A stretch of 64,000 nucleotides of DNA from positions 25,110,001 through 25,174,000 of the forward strand of contig OZ024740.1 of assembly GCA_964016885.1 (NCBI GenBank), read 5' to 3'. The notes below the pieces were generated by a model. It was not told the DNA's origin, made no database searches, and saw only the letters and a list, made by a program, of their open reading frames with translations. Positions 15,001-30,000 of the stretch are shown here, in pieces. Numbering within the stretch: position 1 is the first letter of the stretch; each line of letters opens with the position of its first letter. Source of the stretch: Eledone cirrhosa (taxonomy: Eukaryota). The translations under genes and the position numbers were made by a program.

Positions 15001-18000
15001 TGTTGTGTGTGTGTAGGGTGTATGTTGTGTGTGTAGGATATATGTTGTGTGTGGTGGGTGTATGTTGTGTGTTTGCATGGTGTATGTTGTGTGTGTATGG
15101 TGTATGTTGTGTGTGTAGGGTGTATGTTGTGTGTGTGTAGGGTGTTTGTTGTGTGTGTAGGGTGTATGTTGTGTGTGTACTGTGTATGTTGTGTGTGTGT
15201 AGGGTGTATGTTGTGTGTGTAGGGTGTATGTTGTGTGTGTGTAGGGTGTATGTTGCGTGTGTAGGGTGTATCTTGTGTGTGTGTAGGGTGTATGTTGTGT
15301 GTGTAGGGTGTATGTTGTGTGTGTGGAGGGTGTATGTTGTGTGTGTGTAGGGCGTATGTTGTGTGTGTAGGGCGTATGTTGTGTGTGTAGGGTGTATGTT
15401 GTGTGTGTAGGGTGTATGTTGTGTGTGTAGGGTGTATGTTGTGTGTGTGTAGGGTGTATGTTGTGTGTGTAGGGTGTATGTTGTGTGTTTAGGGTGTATG
15501 TTGTGTGTGTAGGGGCTATGTTGTGTGTGTAGGGTGTATGTCGTGTGTGTGTAGGGTGTATGTTGTGTGTGTAGGGTGTATGTTGTGTGTGTGTAGGGTT
15601 TATGTTGTGTGTGTAGGGTGTATGTTGTGTGTGTGTAGGGTGTATGTTGTGTGTGGTGTGTAGGGTGTACGTTGTGTGTGTAGGATATATGTTGTGTGTG
15701 TAGGGTGTATGTTGTGTGTGTGTAGGTGTATATTGTGTGTGTAGGGTGTATGTTGTGTGTGTGTAGTGTGTATGTTGTGTGTGTAGGGTATATGTTGTGT
15801 GTGTGTAGGGTGTATGTTGTTTGTGTAGGGTGTATGTTGTGTGTGTAGGGTGTATATTGTGTGTGTGTAGGGTGTATGCTGTGTTTGTGTAGGGTAAATG
15901 TTGTGTGTGTGTAGGGTGTAAGTTGTGTGTGTGTACTGTGTATGTTGTGTGTGTGTAGAGGGTATGTCGTGTGTGTGTAGGGTGTATGTTGTATGTGTAG
16001 GGTGTATGTTGTGTGTGTGTAGGGTGTATGTCGTGTGTGTGTAGGGTGTATGTTGTGTGTGTGTAGGGTGTATGATGCGTGTATGTAGGGTGTATGTTGT
16101 GTGGGTGTAGGGTAAATGTTGTGTGTGTGTAGGGTGTATGTTGTGTGTGTGTAGGGTGTAAGATGTGTTTGTGTAGGGTGTATGTTGCGCTTGTCGGGTG
16201 TATGTTGTGTGTGTGTACTGTGTATGTTGTGTGTGTAGGGTGTATGTCGTGTGTGTGTAGGGTGTATGTTGTGTGTGTGTAAGGTGTATGTTGTGTGTGT
16301 AGGATATATGTTGTGTGTGTAGCGTGTATGTTGTGTGTGTGTAGGTTGTATGTTGTATGTATGTAGGGTGTATGTTGTGTGTGTGTAGGGTGTATGTTGT
16401 GTGTATGTAGGTTGTATGTTGTGTGTGTAGGGTTTATGTTGTGTGTGTAGGGTGTATGTTGTGTGTGTGTAGGGTGTATGTTGTGTGTGTAGGATATATG
16501 TTGTGTGTGGTGGGTGTATGTTGTGTGTTTGCATGGTGTATGTTGTGTGTGTATGGTGTATGTTGTGTGTGTAGGGTGTATGTTGTGTGTGTGTAGGGTG
16601 TATGTTGTGTGTGTAGGGTGTATGTTGTGTGTGTACTTTGTATGTTGTGTGTGTGTAGGGTGTATGTTGTGTGTGTAGGGTGTATGTTGTGTGTGTGTAC
16701 TCTGTATGTCGTGTGTGTAGGGTGTATGTTGAGTGTGTGTAGGGTGTATGTCGTGTGTGTGGAGGGTGTATGTTGTGTGTGTGTAGTGTGTATGATGTGT
16801 GTATGTAGGGTGTATGTTGTGTGTGTAGGGTATATGTTTTGTGTGTGTAGGGTATATGTTGTGTGTGTAGGGTGTATGTTGTGTGTGTATGGTGTATGTT
16901 GTGTGTGTGTAGGGTATACGTTGTGTGTGTGTAGGGTGTATGTTGTGTTTGTGTAGGGTATACGTTGTGTGGTGTAGGGTGTATGTTGTGTGTGTGTGTA
17001 GGGTGTATGTTGTGTGTGTGTAGGTATATGTTGTATGTGTAGGGTGTATGTTGTGTGTGTGTAGGGTGTATGTTGTGTTTGCATGGTGTATGTTGTGTGT
17101 GTGTAGGGTGTATGTAGTGTGTGTGTAGGGTGTATGTTGTGTGTGTTTCGGGTGTATGTTGTGTGTGTGTAGGGTATATGTTGTGTGTGTGTAGGGTATA
17201 TGTTGTGTGTGTAGGGTGTATGTTATGTGTGTGTGGGGTGTATGTTGTGTGTGTAGGGTATATGTTGTGTGTGTGTAGGGTGTATGTTGTGTGTGTGTAG
17301 GGTGTATGTTGTGTTTGTGTATGGCATATGTTGTGTGGTGTAGGGTGTATATTGTGTGTGTGTAGGGTGTATGTTGTGTGTGTGTAGGGTGTATGTTGTG
17401 TGTGTAGGGTGTATGTTGTGTGTGTGTAGGGTGTATGTTGTGTGTGTGTAGTGTGTATGTTGTGTTCGTGTAGGATATATGTTGTGTGTGTGTAGGGTGT
17501 ATGTTGTGTGTGTGTGGGGTGTATGTTGTGTGTGTAGTGTGTATGTTGTGTTTGCATGGTGTATGTTGTGTGTGTGTAGGGTGTATGTTGTGTGTGTGTA
17601 GGGTGTATGTTGTGTGTGTAGGGTATATGCTGTGTGTGTAGGGTGTATGTTGTGTGTGTGTAGGGTGTATGTTGTGTGTGTGTAGGGTGTATGTTGTGTG
17701 TGTAGGGTGTATGTTGTGTGTATGTTGGGTGTATGTTGTGTGTGTAGTGTGTATGTTATGTGTGTAGGGTATATGTTGTGTGTGTATGGTGTATGTTGAG
17801 TGTGTGTAGGGTGTATGTTGTGTGTGTAGGGTGTATGTTGTGTGTGTGTAGGGTGTATGTTGTGTGTGTAGGGTGTAGGTTGTGTGTGTGTAGTGTGCAT
17901 GTTGTGTGTGTAGGGTGTATGTTGTGTGTGTGTAGGGTGTATGTTGTGTGTGTGTAGGGCGTATGTTGTGTGTGTAGGGCGTATGTTGTGTGTGTAGGGT

Positions 18001-21000
18001 GTATGTTGTGTGTGTGTAGGGTGTATGTTGTGTGTGTAGGGTGTATGTTGTGTGTGTGTAGGGTGTATGTTGCGTGTGTAGGGTGTATGTTGTGTGTGTG
18101 TAGGGTGTATGTTGTGTGTGTAGGGTGTATGTTGTGTGTGTGGAGGGTGTATGTTGTGTGTGTGTAGGGCGTATGTTGTGTGTGTAGGGCGTATGTTGTG
18201 TGTGTAGGGTGTATGTTGTGTGTGTAGGGTGTATGCTGTGTGTGTAGGGTGTATGTTGTGTGTGTGTAGGGTGTATGTTGTGTGTGTAGGGTGTATGTTG
18301 TGTGTTTAGGGTGTATGTTGTGTGTGTAGGGGCTATGTTGTGTGTGTAGGGTGTATGTCGTGTGTGTGTAGGGTGTATGTTGTGTGTGTAGGGTGTATGT
18401 TGTGTGTGTGTAGGGTTTATGTTGTGTGTGTAGGGTGTATGTTGTGTGTGTGTAGGGTGTATGTTGTGTGTGGTGTGTAGGGTGTACGTTGTGTGTGTAG
18501 GATATATGTTGTGTGTGTAGGGTGTATGTTGTGTGTGTGTAGGTGTATATTGTGTGTGTAGGGTGTATGTTGTGTGTGTAGGGTGTATGTTGTGTGTGTG
18601 TAGTGTGTATGTTGTGTGTGTAGGGTATATGTTGTGTGTGTGTAGGGTGTATGTTGTTTGTGTAGGGTGTATGTTGTGTGTGTAGGGTGTATATTGTGTG
18701 TGTGTAGGGTGTATGCTGTGTTTGTGTAGGGTAAATGTTGTGTGTGTGTAGGGTGTAAGTTGTGTGTGTGTACTGTGTATGTTGTGTGTGTGTAGAGGGT
18801 ATGTCGTGTGTGTGTAGGGTGTATGTTGTATGTGTAGGGTGTATGTTGTGTGTGTGTAGGGTGTATGTCGTGTGTGTGTAGGGTGTATGTTGTGTGTGTG
18901 TAGGGTGTATGATGTGTTTATGTAGGGTGTATGTTGTGTGTGTGTAGGGTAAATGTTGTGTGTGTGTAGGGTGTATGTTGTGTGTGTGTAGGGTGTAAGA
19001 TGTGTTTGTGTAGGGTGTATGTTGCGCTTGTCGGGTGTATGTTGTGTGTGTGTACTGTGTATGTTGTGTGTGTAGGGTGTATGTCATTTGTGTGTAGGGT
19101 GTATGTTGTGTGTGTGTAAGGTGTATGTTGTGTGTAGGGTGTATGTTGTGTGTGTGTAAGGTGTATGTTGTGTGTGTAGGATATATGTTGTGTGTGTAGC
19201 GTGCATGTTGTGTGTGTGTAGGTTGTATGTTGTATGTATGTAGGGTGTATGTTGTGTGTGTGTAGGGTGTATGTTGTGTGTATGTAGGCTGTATGTTGTG
19301 TGTGTAGGGTTTATGTTGTGTGTGTAGGGTGTATGTTGTGTGTGTGTAGGGTGTATGTTGTGTGTGTAGGATATATGTTGTGTGTGGTGGGTGTATGTTG
19401 TGTGTTTGCATGGTGTATGTTGTGTGTGTATGGTGTATGTTGTGTGTGTAGGGTGTATGTTGTGTGTGTGTAGGGTGTTTGTTGTGTGTGTAGGGTGTAT
19501 GTTGTGTGTGTACTGTGTATGTTGTGTGTGTGTAGGGTGTATGTTGTGTGTGTAGGGTGTATGTTGTGGGTGTGTAGGGTGTATGTTGCGTGTGTAGGGT
19601 GTATGTTGTGTGTGTGTAGGGTGTATGTTGTGTGTGTAGGGTGTATGTTGTGTGTGTGGAGGGTGTATGTTGTGTGTGTGTAGGGCGTATGTTGTGTGTG
19701 TAGGGCGTATGTTGTGTGTGTAGGGTGTATGTTGTGTGTGTAGGGTGTATGTTGTGTGTGTAGGGTGTATGTTGTGTGTGTGTAGGGTGTATGTTGTGTG
19801 TGTAGGGTGTATGTTGTGTGTTTAGGGTGTATGTTGTGTGTGTAGGGGCTATGTTGTGTGTGTAGGGTGTATGTCGTGTGTGTGTAGGGTGTATGTTGTG
19901 TGTGTAGGGTGTATGTTGTGTGTGTGTAGGGTTTATGTTGTGTGTGTAGGGTGTATGTTGTGTGTGTGTAGGGTGTATGTTGTGTGTGGTGTGTAGGGTG
20001 TACGTTGTGTGTGTAGGATATATGTTGTGTGTGTAGGGTGTATGTTGTGTGTGTGTAGGTGTATATTGTGTGTGTAGGGTGTATGTTGTGTGTGTGTAGT
20101 GTGTATGTTGTGTGTGTAGGGTATATGTTGTGTGTGTGTAGGGTGTATGTTGTTTGTGTAGGGTGTATGTTGTGTGTGTAGGGTGTATATTGTGTGTGTG
20201 TAGGGTGTATGCTGTGTTTGTGTAGGGTAAATGTTGTGTGTGTGTAGGGTGTAAGTTGTGTGTGTGTACTGTGTATGTTGTGTGTGTGTAGAGGGTATGT
20301 CGTGTGTGTGTAGGGTGTATGTTGTATGTGTAGGGTGTATGTTGTGTGTGTGTAGGGTGTATGTCGTGTGTGTGTAGGGTGTATGTTGTGTGTGTGTAGG
20401 GTGTATGATGCGTGTATGTAGGGTGTATGTTGTGTGGGTGTAGGGTAAATGTTGTGTGTGTGTAGGGTGTATGTTGTGTGTGTGTAGGGTGTAAGATGTG
20501 TTTGTGTAGGGTGTATGTTGCGCTTGTCGGGTGTATGTTGTGTGTGTGTACTGTGTATGTTGTGTGTGTAGGGTGTATGTCGTGTGTGTGTAGGGTGTAT
20601 GTTGTGTGTGTGTAAGGTGTATGTTGTGTGTGTAGGATATATGTTGTGTGTGTAGCGTGTATGTTGTGTGTGTGTAGGTTGTATGTTGTATGTATGTAGG
20701 GTGTATGTTGTGTGTGTGTAGGGTGTATGTTGTGTGTATGTAGGTTGTATGTTGTGTGTGTAGGGTTTATGTTGTGTGTGTAGGGTGTATGTTGTGTGTG
20801 TGTAGGGTGTATGTTGTGTGTGTAGGATATATGTTGTGTGTGGTGGGTGTATGTTGTGTGTTTGCATGGTGTATGTTGTGTGTGTATGGTGTATGTTGTG
20901 TGTGTAGGGTGTATGTTGTGTGTGTGTAGGGTGTATGTTGTGTGTGTAGGGTGTATGTTGTGTGTGTACTTTGTATGTTGTGTGTGTGTAGGGTGTATGT

Positions 21001-24000
21001 TGTGTGTGTAGGGTGTATGTTGTGTGTGTGTACTCTGTATGTCGTGTGTGTAGGGTGTATGTTGAGTGTGTGTAGGGTGTATGTCGTGTGTGTGGAGGGT
21101 GTATGTTGTGTGTGTGTAGTGTGTATGATGTGTGTATGTAGGGTGTATGTTGTGTGTGTAGGGTATATGTTTTGTGTGTGTAGGGTATATGTTGTGTGTG
21201 TAGGGTGTATTTTGTGTGTGTATGGTGTATGTTGTGTGTGTGTAGGGTATACGTTGTGTGTGTGTAGGGTGTATGTTGTGTTTGTGTAGGGTATACGTTG
21301 TGTGGTGTAGGGTGTATGTTGTGTGTGTGTGTAGGGTGTATGTTGTGTGTGTGTAGGTATATGTTGTATGTGTAGGGTGTATGTTGTGTGTGTGTAGGGT
21401 GTATGTTGTGTTTGCATGGTGTATGTTGTGTGTGTGTAGGGTGTATGTAGTGTGTGTGTAGGGTGTATGTTGTGTGTGTTTCGGGTGTATGTTGTGTGTG
21501 TGTAGGGTATATGTTGTGTGTGTGTAGGGTATATGTTGTGTGTGTAGGGTGTATGTTATGTGTGTGTGGGGTGTATGTTGTGTGTGTAGGGTATATGTTG
21601 TGTGTGTGTAGGGTGTATGTTGTGTGTGTGTAGGGTGTATGTTGTGTTTGTGTATGGCATATGTTGTGTGGTGTAGGGTGTATATTGTGTGTGTGTAGGG
21701 TGTATGTTGTGTGTGTGTAGGGTGTATGTTGTGTGTGTAGGGTGTATGTTGTGTGTGTGTAGGGTGTATGTTGTGTGTGTGTAGTGTGTATGTTGTGTTC
21801 GTGTAGGATATATGTTGTGTGTGTGTAGGGTGTATGTTGTGTGTGTGTGGGGTGTATGTTGTGTGTGTAGTGTGTATGTTGTGTTTGCATGGTGTATGTT
21901 GTGTGTGTGTAGGGTGTATGTTGTGTGTGTGTAGGGTGTATGTTGTGTGTGTAGGGTATATGCTGTGTGTGTAGGGTGTATGTTGTGTGTGTGTAGGGTG
22001 TATGTTGTGTGTGTGTAGGGTGTATGTTGTGTGTGTAGGGTGTATGTTGTGTGTATGTTGGGTGTATGTTGTGTGTGTAGTGTGTATGTTATGTGTGTAG
22101 GGTATATGTTGTGTGTGTATGGTGTATGTTGAGTGTGTGTAGGGTGTATGTTGTGTGTGTAGGGTGTATGTTGTGTGTGTGTTGGGTGTATGTTGTGTAT
22201 GTAGAGTATATGTTGTGTGTGTAGGGTGTATGTTGTGTGTGTGTAGGGTGTATGTTGTGTGTGTGTAGGCTGTATGTTGTGTGTGTAGGGTATATGTTGT
22301 GTGCGTGTAGGTTGTATGTTGTGTGTGTAGGGTGTATGTTGTGTGTGTAGGGTGTATTTTGTGTGTGTTTACAGTGTATGTTGTGTGTGTGTAGGGTGTA
22401 TGTTGTGTGTGTGTAGGCTGTATGTTGTGAGTGTAGGGTATATGTTGTGTGTGTGTAGGTTGTATGTTGTGTGTGTAGGGTGTATGTTGTGTGTGTAGGG
22501 TGTATTTTGTGTGTGTTTACAGTGTATGTTGTGTGTGTGTAGGGTATATGTTGTGTGTGTGTAGGGCGTATGTTGTGTGTGTAGGGTATATGTTGTGTGT
22601 AGGGTGTATGTTGTGTGTGTGTAGGGTGTATGTTGTGTGTGTAGGATGTATGTTGTGTGTGTGTAGGGTGTATGTTGTGTGTGTAGGGTGTATGTTGTGT
22701 GTGTGTAGGGTGTATGTTGTGTGTGTAGGGCGTATGTTGTGTGTGTAGGGTGTATGTTGTGTGTGTGTAGGGTGTATGTTACGTGTGTGTAGGGCGTATG
22801 TTTTGTGTGTAGGGCGTATGTTGTGTGTGTAGGGTGTATGTTGTGTGTGTGTAGGGTGTATGTTGTGTGTGTAGGGTGTATGTTGTGTGTGTGTAGGGTG
22901 TATGTTGTGTGTGTAGGGTGTAGGTTGTGTGTGTGTAGGGTGCATGTTGTGTGTGTAGGGTGTATGTTGTGTGTGTGTAGGGTGTATGTTGTGTGTGTGT
23001 AGGGCGTATGTTGTGTGTGTAGGGCGTATGTTGTGTGTGTAGGGTGTATGTTGTGTGTGTGTAGGGTGTATGTTGTGTGTGTAGGGTGTATGTTGTGTGT
23101 GTATAGGGTGTATGTTGCGTGTGTAGGGTGTATGTTGTGTGTGTGTAGGGTGTATGTTGTGTGTGTAGGGTGTATGTTGTGTGTGTGGAGGGTGTATGTT
23201 GTGTGTGTGTAGGGCGTATGTTGTGTGTGTAGGGCGTATGTTGTGTGTGTAGGGTGTATGTTGTGTGTGTAGGGTGTATGTTGTGTGTGTAGGGTGTATG
23301 TTGTGTGTGTGTAGGGTGTATGTTGTGTGTGTAGGGTGTATGTTGTGTGTTTAGGGTGTATGTTGTGTGTGTAGGGGCTATGTTGTGTGTGTAGGGTGTA
23401 TGTAGTGTGTGTGTAGGGTGTATGTTGTGTGTGTAGGGTGTATGTTGTGTGTGTGTAGGGTTTATGTTGTGTGTGTAGGGTGTATGTTGTGTGTGTATAG
23501 GGTGTATGTTGTGTGTGGTGTGTAGGGTGTACGTTGTGTGTGTAGGATATATGTTGTGTGTGTAGGGTGTATGTTGTGTGTGTGTAGGTGTATATTGTGT
23601 GTGTAGGGTGTATGTTGTGTATGTAGGGTGTATGTTGTGTGTGTGTAGTGTGTATGTTGTGTGTGTAGGGTATATGTTGTGTGTGTGTAGGGTGTATGTT
23701 GTTTGTGTAGGGTGTATGTTGTGTGTGTAGGGTGTATATTGTGTGTGTGTAGGGTGTATGCTGTGTTTGTGTAGGGTAAATGTTGTGTGTGTGTAGGGTG
23801 TAAGTTGTGTGTGTGTACTGTGTATGTTGTGTGTGTGTAGAGGGTATGTCGTGTGTGTGTAGGGTGTATGTTGAATGTGTAGGGTGTATGTTGTGTGTGT
23901 GTAGGGTGTATGTCGTGTGTGTGTAGGGTGTATGTTGTGTGTGTGTAGGGTGTATGATGTGTGTATGTAGGGTGTATGTTGTGTGTGTGTAGGGTAAATG

Positions 24001-27000
24001 TTGTGTGTGTGTAGGGTGTATGTTGTGTGTGTGTAGGGTGTAAGATGTGTTTGTGTAGGGTGTATGTTGCGCTTGTCGGGTGTATGTTGTGTGTGTGTAC
24101 TGTGTATGTTGTGTGTGTAGGGTGTATGTCATTTGTGTGTAGGGTGTATGTTGTGTGTGTGTAAGGTGTATGTTGTGTGTGTAGGATATATGTTGTGTGT
24201 GTAGCGTGTATGTTGTGTGTGTGTAGGTTGTATGTTGTATGTATGTAGGGTGTATGTTGTGTGTGTGTAGGGTGTATGTTGTGTGTATGTAGGCTGTATG
24301 TTGTGTGTGTAGGGTTTATGTTGTGTGTGTAGGGTGTATGTTGTGTGTGTGTAGGGTGTATGTTGTGTGTGTAGGATATATGTTGTGTGTGGTGGGTGTA
24401 TGTTGTGTGTTTGCATGGTGTATGTTGTGTGTGTATGGTGTATGTTGTGTGTGTAGGGTGTATGTTGTGTGTGTGTAGGGTGTTTGTTGTGTGTGTAGGG
24501 TGTATGTTGTGTGTGTACTGTGTATGTTGTGTGTGTGTAGGGTGTATGTTGTGTGTGTAGGGTGTATGTTGTGTGTGTGTAGGGTGTATGTTGCGTGTGT
24601 AGGGTGTATGTTGTGTGTGTGTAGGGTGTATGTTGTGTGTGTAGGGTGTATGTTGTGTGTGTGGAGGGTGTATATTGTGTGTGTGTAGGGCGTATGTTGT
24701 GTGTGTAGGGCGTTTGTTGTGTGTGTAGGGTGTATGTTGTGTGTGTAGGCTGTATGTTGTGTGTGTAGGGTGTATGTTGTGTGTGTGTAGGGTGTATGTT
24801 GTGTGTGTAGGGTGTATGTTGTGTGTTTAGGGTGTATGTTGTGTGTGTAGGGGCTATGTTGTGTGTGTAGGGTGTATGTCGTGTGTGTGTAGGGTGTATG
24901 TTGTGTGTGTAGGATGTATGTTGTGTGTGTGTGTAGGGTGTATGTTGTGTGTTTAGGGTGTATGTTGTGTGTGTAGGGGCTATGTTGTGTGTGTAGGGTG
25001 TATGTCGTGTGTGTGTAGGGTGTATGTTGTGTGTGTAGGATGTATGTTGTGTGTGTGTAGGGTTTATGTTGTGTGTGTAGGGTGAATGTTGTGTGTGTGT
25101 AGGGTGTATGTTGTGTGTGGTGTGTAGGGTGTACGTTGTGTGTGTAGGATATATGTTGTGTGTGTAGGGTGTATGTTGTGTGTGTGTAGGTGTATATTGT
25201 GTGTGTAGGGTGTATGTTGTGTGTGTGTAGTGTGTATGTTGTGTGTGTAGGGTATATGTTGTGTGTGTGTAGGGTGTATGTTGTTTGTGTAGGGTGTATG
25301 TTGTGTGTGTAGGGTGTATATTGTGTGTGTGTAGGGTGTATGCTGTGTTTGTGTAGGGTAAATGTTGTGTGTGTGTAGGGTGTAAGTTGTGTGTGTGTAC
25401 TGTGTATGTTGTGTGTGTGTAGAGGGTATGTCGTGTGTGTGTAGGGTGTATGTTGTATGTGTAGGGTGTATGTTGTGTGTGTGTAGGGTGTATGTCGTGT
25501 GTGTGTAGGGTGTATGTTGTGTGTGTGTAGGGTGTATGATGCGTGTATGTAGGGTGTATGTTGTGTGGGTGTAGGGTAAATGTTGTGTGTGTGTAGGGTG
25601 TATGTTGTGTGTGTGTAGGGTGTAAGATGTGTTTGTGTAGGGTGTATGTTGCGCTTGTCGGGTGTATGTTGTGTGTGTGTACTGTGTATGTTGTGTGTGT
25701 AGGGTGTATGTCGTGTGTGTGTAGGGTGTATGTTGTGTGTGTGTAAGGTGTATGTTGTGTGTGTAGGATATATGTTGTGTGTGTAGCGTGTATGTTGTGT
25801 GTGTGTAGGTTGTATGTTGTATGTATGTAGGGTGTATGTTGTGTGTGTGTAGGGTGTATGTTGTGTGTATATAGGTTGTATGTTGTGTGTGTAGGGTTTA
25901 TGTTGTGTGTGTAGGGTGTATGTTGTGTGTGTGTAGGGTGTATGTTGTGTGTGTAGGATATATGTTGTGTGTGGTGGGTGTATGTTGTGTGTTTGCATGG
26001 TGTATGTTGTGTGTGTATGGTGTATGTTGTGTGTGTAGGGTGTATGTTGTGTGTGTGTAGGGTGTATGTTGTGTGTGTAGGGTGTATGTTGTGTGTGTAC
26101 TTTGTATGTTGTGTGTGTGTAGGGTGTATGTTGTGTGTGTAGGGTGTATGTTGTGTGTGTGTACTCTGTATGTCGTGTGTGTAGGGTGTATGTTGAGTGT
26201 GTGTAGGGTGTATGTCGTGTGTGTGGAGGGTGTATGTTGTGTGTGTGTAGTGTGTATGATGTGTGTATGTAGGGTGTATGTTGTGTGTGTAGGGTATATG
26301 TTTTGTGTGTGTAGGGTATATGTTGTGTGTGTAGAGTGTATGTTGTGTGTGTATGGTGTATGTTGTGTGTGTGTAGGGTATACGTTGTGTGTGTGTAGGG
26401 TGTATGTTGTGTTTGTGTAGGGTATATGTTGTGTGGTGTAGGGTGTATGTTGTGTGTGTGTGTAGGGTGTATGTTGTGTGTGTGTAGGTATATGTTGTAT
26501 GTGTAGGGTGTATGTTGTGTGTGTGTAGGGTGTATGTTGTGTTTGCATGGTGTATGTTGTGTGTGTGTAGGGTGTATGTTGTGTGTGTGTAGGGTGTATG
26601 TTGTGTGTGTTTCGGGTGTATGTTGTGTGTGTGTAGGGTATATGTTGTGTGTGTGTAGGGTATATGTTGTGTGTGTAGGGTGTATGTTATGTGTGTGTGG
26701 GGTGTATGTTGTGTGTGTAGGGTATATGTTGTGTGTGTGTAGGGTGTATGTTGTGTGTGTGTAGGGTGTATGTTGTGTTTGTGTAGGGTGTATGTTGTGT
26801 GTGTAGGGTGTATGTTGTGTGTGTGTAGTGTATATTTTGTGTGTGTGTAGGGTGTATGTAGTGTTTGTGTAGGATGTATGTTGTGTGTGTGTAGTGTGTA
26901 TGTTGTGTGTGTGTAGGATATATGTTGTGTGTGTGTAGGGTGTATGATGTGTGTGTGTGGAGTGTATGTTGTGTGTGCAGGGTGTATGTTGTGTGTGTAG

Positions 27001-30000
27001 GGTGTATGTTGTGTGTGTGTAGGCTGTATGTTGTGTGTGTGTAGGCTGTATGTTGTGTGTGTGTGGGGTGCATGTTGTGTATGTGTAGGGTGTATGTTGT
27101 GTGTGTGTAGGGTATATGATGTGTGTGTGTAGGGTGTATGTCGTGTGTGTGTAGGGTGTATGTTGTGTGTGTAGGGTATATGTTGTGTGCGTGTAGGGTG
27201 TATGTTATGTGTGTAGGGTGTATGCTGTGTGTGTAGGGTGAACGTTGTGTGTGTAGGGTGTATGTTGTGTGTGTGTAGGATGTATGTTGTGTGTGTAGTG
27301 TATATGTTGTGTGTGTGTAGGGTGTATGTTGTGTGTGTCTATGGCGTATGTTGTGTGTGTAGGGTGTATGTTGTGTGTGTAGAGGATATGTTGTGTATGT
27401 AGGGTGTATGTTGTGTGTGTGTAGGGTGTATATCGTGTGTGTGTAGGGTGTATGATGTGTGTGTAGGGTGTATGTTGCGTGTGTGTAGGGTGTATATTGT
27501 GTGTGTAGGGTGTATGTTGTGTGTGTGTAGTGTGTATGTTGTGTGTGTAGGGTATATGTTGTGTGTGTGTAGGGTAAATGTGGTGTGTGTGTAGGGTGTA
27601 AGTTGTGTGTGTGTACTGTGTATGTTGTGTGTGTGTAGAGGGTATGTCGTGTGTGTGTAGGGTGTATGTTGTATGTGTAGGGTGTATGTTGTGTGTGTGT
27701 AGGGTGTATGTCGTGTGTGTGTAGGGTGTATGTTGTGTTCGTGTTGGGTGTATGATGTGTGTATGTAGGGTGTATGTTGTGTGTGTGTAGGGTAAATGTT
27801 GTGTGTGTGTAGGTGTATGTTGTGTGTGTGTAGGGTGTATGATGTGTTTGTGTAGGGTGTATGTTGCGCTTGTCGGGTGTATGTTGTGTGTGTGTACTGT
27901 GTATGTTGTGTGTGTAGGGTGTATGTCGTGTGTGTGTAGGGTGTATGTTGTGTGTGTGTAAGGTGTATGTTGTGTGTGTAGGATATATGTTGTGTGTGTA
28001 GCTTGTATTTTGTGTGTGTGTAGGTTGTATGTTGTATGTATGTAGGGTGTATGTTGTGTGTGTGTAGGGTGTATGTTGTGTGTATGTAGGCTGTATGTTG
28101 TGTGTGTAGGGTTTATGTTGTGTGTGTAGGGTGTATGTTGTGTGTGTGTAGGGTGTATGTTGTGTTTCTAGGATATATGTTGTGTGTGGTGGGTGTATGT
28201 TGTGTGTGTGTAGGGTGTATGTTGTGTGTGTAGGGAGTATGTTGTGTGTGTGTAGGGTGTATGTTGTGTGTGTAGGATGTATGTTGTGTGTGTGTAGGGT
28301 GTATGTTGTGTGTGTAGGGTGTATGTTGTGTGTGTGTAGGGTGTATGTTGTGTGTGTGTAGGGCGTATGTTGTGTGTGTAGGGTGTATGTTGTGTGTGTG
28401 TAGGGTGTATGTTGTGTGTGTAGGGTGTATGTTGTGTGTGTGTAGGGTTTATGTTGTGTGTGTAGGGTGTATGTTGTGTGTGTGTAGGGTGCATGTTGTG
28501 TGTGTAGGGTGTATGTTGTGTGTGTGTAGGGTGTATGTTGTGTGTGTGTAGGGCGTATGTTGTGTGTGTAGGGCGTATGTTGTGTGTGTAGGGTGTATGT
28601 TGTGTGTGTGTAGGGTGTATGTTGTGTATGTAGGGTGTATGTTGTGTGTGTGTAGGGTGTATGTTGTGTGTGTAGGGTGTATGTTGTGTGTGTGTAGGGT
28701 GTATGTTGTGTGTGTAGGGTGTATGTTGTGTGTGTGTAGGGTGTATGTTGTGTGTGTGTAGGGCGTATGTTGTGTGTGTAGGGCGTATGTTGTGTGTGTA
28801 GGGTGTATGTTGTGTCTGTAGGGTGTATGTTGTGTGTGTGTAGGGTGTATGTTGTGTGTTTAGGGTGTATGTTGTGTGTGTAGGGGCTATGTTGTGTGTG
28901 TAGGGTGTATGTCGTGGGTGTGTAGGGTGTATGTTGTGTGTGTAGGGTGTATGTTCTGTGTGTGTAGGGTTTATGTTGTGTGTGTAGGGTGTATGTTGTG
29001 TGTGTGTAGGGTGTATGTTGTGTGTGGTGTGTAGGGTGTACGTTGTGTGTGTATGTTGTGTGTGTGTAGGGTGTATGTTGTGTGTGTGTAGTGTGTATGC
29101 TGTGTGTGTAGGGTATATGTTGTGTGTGTGTAGGGTGTAAGTTGTGTGTGTGTACTGTGTATGTTGTGTGTGTGTAGAGGGTATGTCGTGTGTGTGTAGG
29201 GTGTATGTTGTATGTGTAGGGTGTATGTTGTGTGTGTGTAGGGTGTATGTCGTGTTTGTGTAGGGTGTATGTTGTGTGTGTGTAGGGTGTATGATGTGTG
29301 TATGTAGGGTGTATGTTGTGTGTGTGTAGGGTAATTGTTGTGTGCGCGTAGGGTGTATGTTGTGTGTGTGTAGGTTGTATGATGTGTTTGTGTAGGGTGT
29401 ATGTTGCGCTTGTCGGGTGTATGTTGTGTGTGTGTACTGTGTATGTTGTGTGTGTAGGGTGTATGTCGTGTGTGTGTAGGGTGTATGTTGTGTGTGTGTA
29501 AGGTGTATGTTGTGTGTGTAGGATATATGTTGTGTGTGTAGCGTGTATGTTGTGTGTGTGTAGGTTGCATGTTGTATGTATGTAGGGTGTATGTTGTGTG
29601 TGTGTAGGGTGTATGTTGTGTGTGTCTAGGGTGTATGTTGTGTGTGTGTAAGGTGTATGTTGTGTGTGTAGGGTGTATGTTGTTTGTGTGTAGGGTGTAT
29701 GTTGTGTGTGTAGGATATATGTTGTGTGTGGTGGGTGTATGTTGTGTGTTTGCAGGGTGTATGTTGTGTGTGTAGGGTGTATGTTGTGTGTGTAGGGTGT
29801 ATGTTGAGTGTGTACTGTGTATCTTGTGTGTGTAGGGTCTATGTTGTGTTTGTGTATGGTGTATGTTGTGTGTGTAGGGTGTATGTTGTGTGTGTGTAGG
29901 GTGTATGTTGTGTGTGTAGGGTGTATGTTGTGTGTGTACTGTGTATGTTGTGTGTGTGTAGGGTGTATGTTGTGTGTGTAGGGTGTATGTTGTGTGTGTA